The notes beneath the pieces were generated by a model, which was not told where the DNA came from, did no database searches, and saw only the letters and a list, made by a program, of their open reading frames with translations. Made by a program: the position numbers and the translations under genes. Shown here in pieces: positions 41,527 through 52,815 of a DNA stretch of 64,000 nt; the stretch's first letter is position 1, and each line of letters starts with the position of its first letter. Location of the stretch: NCBI GenBank assembly GCA_004431415.1, contig QPMI01000220.1, positions 1-64,000 of the forward strand, read 5' to 3'. This DNA comes from Cyanophora paradoxa CCMP329. Taxonomy: Eukaryota; Plantae; Glaucophyta.

Positions 41527-42072
41527 TTAAGCCTGCTTCGCCTCGCTAGACTTGGGCGCGGGCGCGGGCTTCGTGAGCGCCTGCGAGAGCGGGCAAGGCA
41601 GACGTGCGTTAGCGACGCGGTGGCGGGGCGGGGCGCCAGCGCGGGAGCGTGCCTGGTACATCACGCCACCGACGATGAGCGACAGAGTGGTCGCCTGGGC
41701 GGCAACACGCATGCCCATCGCCCTGCCGCGAAAGCGTTGGCGCGCGGCGCGCGGGCGCGTCGGCAAGCGGCGAACCGTGCGCTCTGCTGCGCGGAGCTGC
41801 CCTTCGAGCTCTTGAATGCTGCGCGACGACGTGAGCCACCGGGAGGCAGAAGAAAATCCCAAATGGCGCCAGCGCACCTCCCATCGCCAGCACGATTGCG
41901 GTCGCCGCAGCGGCCACTGCCGGGCGGGCGCGTTGGCGAAGAGAGAGGTAGAGGGCAGAAACAACGCACTGGGCACGAGAGGGGCTTTCTTGAACTCGTC
42001 CGCAAGCGAGCGCGACGTCTGGGTGCGCATGAAGCTGGTCTCCTCGTCGTTGTTGGGGGCGTTCGAGGCCAT
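41527..42072 (-). CDS. HIG1-domain (hypoxia-induced gene 1 / Rcf1-like) small membrane protein
   Basis: FKKAPLVP, hydrophobic AAATAIVLAMGG, and MGMRVAAQATTLSLIVGG matching the HIG1 'MRxRVxAQ' motif. Confidence 0.78.
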   Translation of the reverse strand: MASNAPNNDEETSFMRTQTSRSLADEFKKAPLVPSALFLPSTSLFANAPARQWPLRRPQSCWRWEVRWRHLGFSSASRWLTSSRSIQELEGQLRAAERTVRRLPTRPRAARQRFRGRAMGMRVAAQATTLSLIVGGVMYQARSRAGAPPRHRVANARLPCPLSQALTKPAPAPKSSEAKQA

Positions 42073-42390
42073 TGCTGCTGTTACCGATTGAACGGGCTGC
42101 TGGGAACTTGCTTCGGCGAAGCGGCGTCGAGCGCGTGCTGGGGAATGACGCAAAGATCAGGGGTACACGGCGCGCGCAGCCTTCGTGACGCCGCAGTGCA
42201 TTTACTTGTGCAGCCCCGCGCGCCGGCGCCGTTCTGCGCGCACAGTCGCGTTCAAATCAAGAGATCATGCTCATCGAATTCGAATGCAGATATTTAACGC
42301 GAATACGCCGTGACGAGGGCCTGGCTACTACGGGATCCGGAGCTGCTGCGTATACCGCACTACGGGAGCTGCTGCGCGCTTGCGGCGGTA

Positions 42391-44361
42391 CTAGTGGGCT
42401 AGCTCCTGGGCGAGTGGGCGATCGGGGGCGCCCTGAAGGGCTCCCCGTGGGCGTGCTGCGAGCCCCTGCTGGATCCGGAGTCCTCGTGGGAGCTGCCGGC
42501 GCCGCGAGGGGCGCCGGCCCCCGCGAGCGGCAGGTGGCCGTCCGGGGGGCCTGCGTGCACGGGCGCCGGGTGCGGCTGGCCGTGGCGGGGGCCGGGGACC
42601 TCCCCGCTCGTGCTGGGCCGGCGCATGCCCTGGAGCCTCTCGGGGCCCAGCAGGGAGACCGAGAGGGAGCGGGTGTACCCCGGCGCTGCCAGGTACTGCG
42701 CCGACGCCTTCCGTGCCAGGAAGCCGCCGCCCCCGAGGCAGGCCCCGTGATCCGCCTCCCCGGCTGGGGCGCGGGCGTGAGGGGGGTACGGGCTCCGCAA
42801 CGGGGGGCGGGGGAGGGAATCGGCTCACCTGAGTTGCGGCGGGTTGAGGAGGCGCGGGAGCCGCGGCGGGAGGGGGAGGGGGAGTTCGGCGAGGCGGGGG
42901 GGAGGAGGAGGGCGTGCGGCTCCTGGTGGGCCTCCGGGGCCCCGTGGCAGTGGATCGGCCCGACCTGCGCCGCCGCCTCAGATCTGAGCCCGAGAAAAGG
43001 GACCCGGCGGGAGCCGAGCGCGCACGTGGGAGCGGGTGGCCCACGCGACGCACTCCGCGCGCTTCTCCCGAAGCTTGCCGTACCTGCGGGGGGTACGCCT
43101 TTCGCAACGAGGGGCGGGCCCTGCCGGGGGCCCGGGGCAGGGCGGGGGTGCGCACATGCCGCGGAGCTCGCGGCCGACGATGGTGCGCTCGGGAAGGGCC
43201 TCCTTGGCGGGGGCCGGCGCCAGCGCCATCCGCTCCAGCCGCTGAAGCTCGTGCGCTGCGGCTCCTCGCCTCAGCTTTGGCTTCGGGCGGGGCGGGGCGG
43301 GGCGCGGGGCACCGATGCCGCCGATCTCGAACTCGCTGTACTTGGGGAGGACCTGCGGGGCCCCGGGGCTGAGACGGGCCGGGCAGGCCGGGGCCCCGGG
43401 CGCGGCGCACCACGGGGTGCTTGACGACGTAGGAGGCCGTCGGGCGGAGGAAGCCGGGGAGGGGCGCCGCGTGCGGCGACCCGAGGGGGTCCTGCGGCGC
43501 GGTGGCGGGGGGCGATCGGAGGGGGCGCGAAGAGCGGCTCCGGGGCGCGGGCGCACGGCGGGGCCCTCGGCGCCGTCGATGCTGCGGCGCGCGTCGGAGC
43601 GGTGGGAGCGCTGAGGGGAGAGCCGCGCGCGTCAGCCCGGGGAGGGTGCGGCGCCGTGAAGGGGGCTGGGGCCGGGGCACCCGGGGGACACGGACGCGGA
43701 GACCGGCCCGAGCCCCGCGGGGGCCGAGTCGGGCAGCGACTCCCAGCTGAGGCCCCGCCGCTCGGGGGCGGAGAGGGCGGAGCGGGCGGGGCCGGGGCCG
43801 GGCAGCGTGCCTGGCGGGGCGCGGCGGACGGCGACGGCGTGGGTCGGCTCGGGCCCCACCATCTTGTACCGCATCGCGTGGCCGCGCTCCCTGCGCGCGG
43901 GGCCGTCCGGTCGGCGGGGCCGGAGCGACGGGGTAGCGCGTGGGGCACCGGCGGCCGGCCTGGAGGGCCCCATGGTCATCTCGTCCAGCGCCGAGTGGGG
44001 CAGGCGCTCCCCCGGCGCCACGAAGAAGGCCGGGCGCCTGCGCGGGCGGGCGGGCAAGGCTTAGCCGGGGCGGGCGAGCGGGGCCGGGCCGGGCGATGCG
44101 CACCAGCCCTCGAGGCGGCAGGACTCGTCCCAGCGCGCGCCCGAGCGGCCCCGCGCCGTCGTCGCCCCGCCCGGCGCCGGCGCGGAATTGGCGGGGGCGG
44201 GCGCGGCGGCGGGGCCGAAGGAGCCTCGCCAGGCGGGGCCGCGGCGGTCCCCATGAGGATCCAGCCCGACTTCTCCGGCGCCCGGGCCGCCTCGGGCACG
44301 TCGCCACGCCCTGTACCCGGCCCCGCTCGGATGCGCCCGGAACGGCGCGAGGTACGGCGCG

Positions 44362-44398
<37 letters not shown>

Positions 44399-45282
44399 GG
44401 CGCACGCTCGCGCTTGGCCATCTGCTTCTGGTAGTAGAAAGGGTTGGTGTACTTGTGGAAGCGGGGGTCCATGCAGACGGCGATCCAGCTCTGCCAGCGC
44501 CGCAGCGCCCGCACGCTCTTCGGCTTGTTCCGCCGAGCCCGGATCTGCGTCAGCCAGAACCAGAGCATCCGGTCGATCCGCAGCCGCCGGTAGAACTCTG
44601 CACGCGGGGCGCCCCGCGGCCAGTCAGAGCGCTCGGCCGCGGGGCGGGGCCAGCAAGCAGCCGCGCGGTCGCACCGATCTCGTACTTCATCTGGGCGAAG
44701 AGCTTGCCGTCCTGGAGGCGGTCCAGGTCGTCCGTGAAGCTGTTCATAGCGGCGTGGTACTGCGCCTGCGGGCCCGATCGCTCAGCTCTGCGCCGGGGGC
44801 GCGCGGCCGCAGAAGACCCGCGCGCACCTCGGCGGCCTTGACCTCTTCATCGCTACGCGTCGCAATGACCTTGGCGAGCGCGTCACTCGAGTTGATCATC
44901 ACATCGCTGACTGCAGCGGGGCAGATCGGCCAGCATCAGATTGGAGCACAGGGCGCGGGGGCACTCGGCGGCGCACGCTCCGTCTTGGATTCCTTGCTGA
45001 GCACCTCCTTGAGCTGCAGGCGGGAGCTGCGGTCAGCGGCAGCGCCGGCGGTCCTACGGTCGCCGCGCGACAGCTAGGGTAATTCACGGCGATCACCGGC
45101 CCGCTTTGAAGCTTGATCTTGACGTCCTCGGGGACGACGCTTGCTTTTCTGTTGCGCACCGGGTCCAGCTGCGACAATGACTCCAGTGAGCAGAGGTTAC
45201 GAGGGAGGTCGCACGGCCTGCGCTGGGAGCGGCGGGCTCGAGCTGTAGTCACCAGGTTGAGAGCCGCCCCGAGGCGCGCCAT
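42391..45282 (-). CDS. Hypothetical multi-exon protein
   Basis: Coding-like exons (AMNSFTDDLDRLQDGKLFAQMKYE; MLWFWLTQIRARR...CMDPRFHKYTNPFYYQKQ) separated by typical introns; Pro-rich C-terminus. Boundaries approximate. Confidence 0.55.
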
Positions 45283-45490
45283 CGGGTCCTGCTAACCGCT
45301 GAGCCGCCGATTCAACACAGCTCCAACTAAGGCGCGTCACTCGGAGGGCTTTAGCTATGGCCCTCCTATGGGCTCTCCAGCATCATAGGGCTGCAAATTC
45401 CTGCAATCAAGGCCGCTGGAGCGTGGCTGGGCCGCTGCTCTAGCTTGGCCGGTTCAATGACCTGCGTTGGGCGGGTACACGCGTTGATCA

Positions 45491-47440
45491 ATGGCCGGCT
45501 TCGCGGGGCCTCTGCCGGCCCTGGCAAGCGCAACGGGTACGCGCGCGGAGGTAGGATGGGCCGCGGGAACCTCGAGCTCGCACAGGGGCTGCGCTGGCAA
45601 GCCACGGCGAACCCAGCGCAACCCGCGCAAGGCATCTGCCCTAGCTAGCGTTCGCTTTCAAGCTGTAGCTCCGATAGCGATGCCATTTGGATGCCGGCCG
45701 AATGCGGCGTCGCCGCGATCAGTCCCGCTCGCTCCCCGCGCGTCCCTCGCCGACGGCGATGCGTACGAGGACTATCCGGTGCGCGTGTTTGCTTCCTGAA
45801 GTCGCGCGAGCCTCCGGGGCTGGGCTTAGGCGGCCTGCCGCACGCATCTCAGCGGAACGTGGTGCGGTGGGGCCCGATCGACGCCGAGTCACTCCCCGTG
45901 ACGATGGAGATGCTCGTGGATTTCCTCGCCGAGCTCGGCGCCGAGTCCGTCGCCGTGCAGGTGGGAAAGAGCCGCCCGCGGGCGCCGTGCTCGCGTCGCC
46001 CTCAGCCTCCCGGCGCGGTCGCGCGCAGGACGCGATGGAGGGCACTTTGATGGAGCGCCAGATCCTGCACGACGCGGCGCCCCCGGAGAACAACCTCGGG
46101 GGCTGGGCGCGCCCCTCTCCCCGCCCCCCCGCCCCGCCCCGCCCCGCCCTCTCCGGCGCCCGTGACGCCGCGTGCGCCCGGCCGCGCGCAGCCCTCGGCC
46201 CGCGTCACTTTCCTCCTCGACGGTCCGTGCCCTTTCCTTCGATTCGCGGTACCCCGTACCCCCGGGGCCCACTCGGCGTACCCCCGCAGCGGAGCGGGAC
46301 GTGGCGGGCTTCCTGGAGCTCGTGACGGAGTCACTGGGGATGCCCGCCGCGCCCTTCGCCTGCGAGGCCGTCGACCTCGGCACCGACTGGGAGGAGGTCG
46401 CCCGCAACGCCGTCGAGTCCGTCCAGGCGCGCCGCCGTACCCCCCCATCCCCTCCCCCTCCTCTGCTCCAGTACCCCCCGCCCTTCGAGCGCGCACGCGT
46501 ACCCCGCGCAGGTGGCGGAGGACCTGTGGATCGTGCCGCCGTGGCGGGAGGCCCCGGACCCCGCCGCGACCTCCGTCCTGATTAACCCGGTACCCCTCCC
46601 AGGACCCCCGGTACCGCCCTTCCCTCGCTGACGCCGCGGCGCCGGAAGGGCGCGGCGTTCGGGACGGGGGGCCACGCCTCGACGCGCCTACCCCTGCGCT
46701 GGCTCGCCCGCCGCTCGTTCCCCCCCGGCTGCTCCGTCCTCGACGTCGGCACCGGCAGGCGCGCGTACCCCCCTCGCACTCCGCGCGTTTCCGTTCACGC
46801 GTACGCGCCTCCCAGCGGCGTGCTGGCGATCGCGGCGATCAAATTGGGCGCCGCCTCCGCCGTCGCCAACGACATCGACCCCAGCGTCCGCCCCTCGCCG
46901 TACCCCTGCCCCGGACGCAGCTGGAGAACGAACGTTCCCCGCAGGCCGTGGAGAACGCGCGGGAGAACGCCGCCCTGAACGGCGTCGCCGACCGGGTAGA
47001 GGTCCGCGGCGCAGTCAGCAAAGCGGCGATACCCCTCGTCCTGAAGCCGCGCGTACCGGTACCCTTCCCGCAGGTTGGCCTTCCGGGGGTGGAGGGCGCG
47101 CGGGCCTTCGACCTCGTCCTAGCTAACATACTCGCGCACGTCCATCTGCAGGCGAGCCGCCCGTACCCGTCTCCTCCCTTTCCCCTCCCTTCTGATGGCC
47201 TGCGCCGCTGCAGCTGAAGGACGAGATCGCGGCATGGACGAAGCCCGGGGGCACGCTCGTCATGTCCGGTCCGGCCCCGCCGGCCCCGCCTCGCCCGCCC
47301 CCTCCCGTTTGGAGCCGTACCCCGCAGGGATCCTGGGCCATGAGGCGGCGGGGGTACGGGACGCGTTCGCGCCGGCCTTCGACTTCGTGGAGGCGATCGT
47401 GTACGGCCAGTGGACCTGCCTCGTGATGCGCCGCCGCTGA
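45491..47440 (+). CDS. prmA: Ribosomal protein L11 methyltransferase, putatively organelle-targeted
   Basis: [79 protein letters not shown]; N-terminal extension MAGFAGP... Confidence 0.92.
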
Positions 47441-47532
47441 CGACTTCGAGCTCGAGCCCTGCGTTACTAGTACTCTAGATTTCTGCCCCGCAGTCCGAAG
47501 TGCTTGACTTCCTGTACCGCTTCAAAAGACCG

Positions 47533-48359
47533 CTACCTTCCTGCAGCCTGATCGTGCCCCTGCCCTTGCCCCTGCCCCTGCGGCTGCGGCGCCCCGGCCC
47601 CGCCGCCGGCCCCGCCGCCCTGCGCGGCGGCGAAGGGCGCGCCGCTGCGCCGCTCTGGGGCGCCGGAGAGCGCGCCGATCGCCCGCATGAGCTCCGTGAG
47701 CGACGCGCGCGTCGCCTCTGCGCTGGCCACGTCCGCGTCGATCGCCGCGAACGCCGCCGCCGGCTTCCCCGCCGTCCTGCGCCCCGCCGCACGTCGGGCG
47801 CGCGCAGATGCGAGGCGGCGGGACGCGCGGCCGCGGGCGCGGCGCACTGCTCGCAGCTCTTGAAGACGGGGCTCTCTCGCGCCTCCCTGGAGAGCCGCTC
47901 CAGCTGCGCCCTGTGCCCCGCCTTGCCCTGCGCGCCCGCCCCTGTCAGCCGGCTGTCACGGTCGACTGCGGAACGAGGGGCGGGGCGGACGAGCGCGATG
48001 CAGAGGTGGTCGCAGGAGAGGTCGAACTCCACCACCCGCTGCCGCACCGTCTTCCAGGCGAGCGCCACCGGCGCCGTCCCCGCCTCCGCCGGGGCGCTCG
48101 AGCTGCGAGGCGGGCGGTGAGCTCGAGCCGGCCGCCGCGCGGCAGGCCTGCGCACCCAGAGGCCGCAGGCGACGGCGCAGGCAGCGGCTGCGGGAGCTGC
48201 GCCTGCTCGACCGTCTGGAGGCAGGCGAGTGCGACGGCCTGCGGCCCAGTGCGTTCAGCGCTGGGAAGGAGTACGAGCCGACGACGCCGCGCGCACGTCG
48301 AAGTTCTTCTTCACCGCGTGCACATAAGACTCGATTCCGGGTTGCTGCGCCGGCGGCAT
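47533..48359 (-). CDS. Small helical hypothetical protein (weak resemblance to Mediator Med29)
   Basis: MPPAQQPGIESYVHAVKKNFD + ...WKTVRQRVVEFDLSCDHLCIAL + ...RASLTELMRAI, with GT-AG introns. The Med29 resemblance is by eye only. Confidence 0.5.
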
Positions 48360-48531
48360 CGCGGGCGCTTGCTTGGCTGCTTGCAGCTGGTGCTTCGCGA
48401 TGACTCTGGATGCTCACGGCAGTTCACAGAGGTCGATGGAGGCGTTAGAGCGTTTCAGGGCGCAGTCGCCTTTCAGTTTCGCGTACCCGTGTCGAATCGG
48501 AAAAGAAGAGCGTCCAGCAGCGATCGACGTC

Positions 48532-51500
48532 ATGGTGAACGCGGCGCACACCAAGTACCCATTCCTCGTGGAGCTGGGCCTCCAGGAGGGTGCGCTCCCC
48601 GTGACCGCGTCCCGATATATCGCTCCTCGGCCCGCGATCTCCCATACGAGCACTTCGAACGCTCCCGAAGTCCTCTATCCGAGCCCTGATGCCAACGTAC
48701 GCCGCGCGCCCTCCCTGCAGAGAACCCTGGCACGTTCTACGGCAAGTGGAGCGGGAACGGCGACAAGCTAGAAGTCCGCACCCCGATCGATGGCAGCGTC
48801 ATCGGTGTCGTTCGTTGTAGTACGGCGGAGGAGTACGAGGCGTGCGTGAAGGCCATGGACGAGGCCAAGCCGATGTGGTCCGCACACAGGCGACGATCGC
48901 AGACGCGAGCTGACTCGCCGTTTCGGGCAGGAACGCCACGCCGGCTCCCAAGCGCGGAGAGGTCGTCAGGCAAATCGGAGAGCGCGTCCGCGAGCTCGTG
49001 AAGCCCCTCGGCCAGGTCCGCCCTCTCGGAAGCCGCATGCGCCGCTTGCGAGGCTGACGAGATGCCCGGCGCGCACAGCTCGTAGCGCTTGAAATGGGCA
49101 AGATCCTTGCAGAGGGTGCGTTTCGAGTCGTCCCGGGGGCCGCCCGACGCGCTCCCGCGCAGGAGTTGATCGCTCCCCGGCGCGCAGGCATCGGCGAGGT
49201 CCAGGAGATCATCGACATGTGCGACTACGCGTGTGGTCTATCGCGTATGATCGGCGGGCAAGTAATTCCGTCCGAGCGTCCCGGTGCGCAGCGCTCGCTT
49301 CGCCCGCCGCGCCGGCGCGTGCCTGACCCGCCCCAGGCCACATGATGATCGAGCAGTGGAACCCCCTCTCGGGCCACACCGGCATCATCTCCGGTGCGCC
49401 TATGCTCGAGCCTGCGTTCATCTCGCCTCGCTGACCGCGCGCTCCCCCCAGCATTCAACTTCCCGGTCGCCGTCTTCGGGTGCGCCCCAGCGTCCCGGGC
49501 CCGCCGCTGGCGCTTCCGCGCCCCGCACAGCGCGACCGCCCGCAACGCAGCTGGAACATGTGCCTCAACATGATCGCCGGAAACTGCGAGGCGCGTCGGA
49601 TCCCTCGGGTCGGGTCGGATCGCGCGGATCGAATTCGAATTTGATCCGGGCGGGGCAGGTGTGGAAGGGCTCGGAGACGACGCCGCTCTCGGCCATCGCC
49701 CTCCAGCGCATCGTGGAGGAGGTCCTAAAGAAGAACGGCGCGCCCCGCCCTCGCCCATCCACCTCTTCGATCCAGCTCTGACCCTCCGCGCGCCCCGCAG
49801 GCTACCCCGCCGGCATCAGCACGCTCGTCACCGGCGGCCGCGCCGTGCGCTGCCCCGGCATCCGCTCCCTCTTTCGAATCTGCTCTGCTCCGCTCTGCTC
49901 CTCGCGTGCGACCCGAGGCGACCCGGGGCGGGGCGGGGCGGCAGGTCGGGGAGCGGATGGTGCAGGACGGGCGGATCCAGCTGGTCTCCTTCACGGGCTC
50001 CATCCCCGTCGGCCGCGCCGTCGGCGAGATCGTCCAGAAGCGCTTCGGCAAGGCACGCGCCCGCCGCCCGCCCGCCCGCCCGCGATCCCCCTCCTTCCTC
50101 ACGTGCCCCCAGGTCCTCCTCGAGCTCGGCGGCAACAACGCCGTCATCGTCATGGACGTGCGCGACCCCACTCCAGCCCTTCCCGCCCAGCTCACCCCGC
50201 CCGGCCCCGCCCGCCCCGCCCCCGCCCTTAGGACGCGACGCTGGACCTGGCCGTGCGCGCCGTCGTCTTCGGCGCCGTCGGCACCGCCGGCCAGCGGTCC
50301 CCGCCCCGCCCCTCCCCGGGCCCCGGGTCCCGGGGGGACCCTCACCTCCGCGACCGCAGGTGCACGACGATCCGGCGGCTGCTGCTGCACGAGAAGGTCC
50401 ACGACGCCTTCCTCCAGAAGGCGCGCCCCCCCCTCCCTCCCCTTCCGGGTCCCCGCCGCTGGTTCTTAGCCTGCGTCCTCCCGCCCTCCCGCCCTCGCCG
50501 TACGCAGCTCGCGGCGGCGTACAAGTCGATCAAGATCGGGGACCCCCTGGAGGCCGTGCGCCGCCCCCCGCCCCAACCCGTCCCCCCCGACCCTCTGAGC
50601 GAGGCGGGGCAGGGCGTGCTGTGCGGCCCGCTGCACACCGCGCGCGCCGTCGAGGCCTTCAAGGGCGCCGTCGCCGCTGCCAAGGCCCAGGTCCGGCCGT
50701 CCGGAGGGCCGCCCGCCCTCGGCCGGCCCGCCCGCTCGCTGAGCGCCGAGGGGCGACGGCGACGGCAGGGCGGGAAGGTGGTCCTGGGGGGAGAGGTCCT
50801 CGACCGCCCCGGCAACTACGTCCAGCCGACCGTGCGCCGCACACGTACCCCCCAGAGGGCTCGAGCGAGACGGGCGGGGGTACGCCCGGCCCGCAGATCA
50901 TCACGATCGCGCACGACGCGCCCATCGTACAGACGGAGACCTTCGCCCCGATCCTCTACGTCATCACGGTACCCCCCGCGCTCCACTGGGGGTACCGGCA
51001 CGACCTCTGAGGAGGCGGGGGGGGTACCAGGTGAGCTCGCTGGAGCAGGCGATCAAGTACAACAACGAGGTCCCCCAGGGCCTCTCCAGGTGCCCACCTG
51101 TACCCCCGAGCCTCCTCGCGCCTGTACCCCCGCGCTCACGCGCCGCGCAACGCGCAGCGCGCTCTTCACCGAGAACATGAAGAACGTATTCCAGTGGATC
51201 GGTGCGTGCGGCCCCGGCCCGATCGCGAGTTGCGAGGTGGGATCGCTGCGGGTTCGAGCCCGGGGCCGCGGCGGCGCGCGCAGGCCCGCACGGGTCGGAG
51301 TGCGGCATCGTGAACGTGAACATCGGGACGAGCGGCGCCGAGATCGGCGGCGCCTTTGGCGGCGAGAAGGCGCGCCGGCGCCCCTCTGCAGCGGGGCGGG
51401 CGGGCCTGACGGCCTCTGCCTTCGCAGGAGACGGGCGGGGGCCGGGAGGCCGGCTCGGACAGCTGGAAGCAGTACATGCGCCGCTCCACCGTGCGCCCCG

Positions 51501-51670
51501 CCCCGGCGCCAGCCGAATTAATTAAAACCTTTTGGCTTGAGCCTCCAAGCCAAGCTTTATGGGCGTTGGCGTGTCCGAGCGGGCGCGAAGCTGACGGGCC
51601 GGCGGGCGCGCAGTGCACGGTGAACTACACGGACAAGCTCCCGCTCGCCCAGGGCATCAACTTCGGCTGA
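48532..51670 (+). CDS. ALDH7: Aldehyde dehydrogenase family 7 (antiquitin / alpha-aminoadipic semialdehyde dehydrogenase), 23 exons
   Basis: [122 protein letters not shown]. Confidence 0.96.
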
Positions 51671-52815
51671 GCGCCCCCGGGGTCGGGGCGTGCCGCCGGC
51701 CCGCCGGCCCCGCCGGCCCCCGAAGCCGAAGGCTTAGGGCCGTGTGCCGTCTTTCGTTTCCCGGGCATCGATATCGATCTCGATATGGGCGGTATCGTCG
51801 CATTCTCTTCCGTGGCGCCCGCTTCAGCTGCAGGGAATTTTTCCTTTGATTTTGTTTCCTCCCTCCAACATGCAAACAGGCCGGTACCCGGCTGGGCAGT
51901 CGTGCACAGATTCAGATCTAGATTAACCCCAGTAAAGTGTCCAGTTGAGAGCGTTTTTGGTCATTTTTGTGTACAGCAGCTTTGCTTTTCACTGAGTCAC
52001 TAAGGCTACTAGCTATAGGCTAATGCTTAATCGTGCTTACGGTCATTGTTGTCGAATGTTTGACGCACGGAAGACGGCTTTCATTACCGTAGTACCGCCG
52101 GCAGCGGTAGGAGGCTTTGGATCCGGCCGCGGGCTTTGAGCATGCAGGCCGGGCTTTGCGGCTGAGGACCCGTCGCCTGGCGGCCTTTCAAAACGGTTTC
52201 TTATCACAGTGTCGTATTCCTCTCGACTGAGGCCTCCTCCCGGGTCCGCTGAACCCCGAGGCGACTGGACGAGCGCTAGCAGCCAAATATCGATGATCAT
52301 GATGTGTTACTGCCCGGTCACCGGGTGCCACGATGCACTCATCATGAGCTCGAGCCCTTCCAATTGCCGCAGTGCATCACCGTTAAAACGTTGCATGATC
52401 ATGACTCGTCGCCCCGCCGCGTCTCGCTGAGTCAGCTGCAGTGAGCCTTGATCGCGAGCGGCTGAGCTGGTATGACTCGCGATCGTCGCGTCTCATGATC
52501 AGCTGCAGTGAGCCTTGATCATCGGATCGCGAGCACGAACGATCGCGAACACGAGGAAACGGAGAATGTCTGCAGCCCCGGGCCCCGGCCCAGCCGCCGA
52601 GCTCCGCTCCCTCAGTCCTGGATCCGAACGCCGGTCCAAGCCAGACACCGTGGCACTCGAAATCAAAGAGCGAGACGCTCGCGCATGAGCCCCCTCTCCC
52701 CCTCCCCTTGGAGCCCTGCCCGTGGGCCATCGAAAATCTCTGCAGCTGGAAATTCGAAATCGACGAGCTGGCCTAAGATATGTGCAGTCCGGCGCGGCTC
52801 AGCGTCTTTGCGCGG

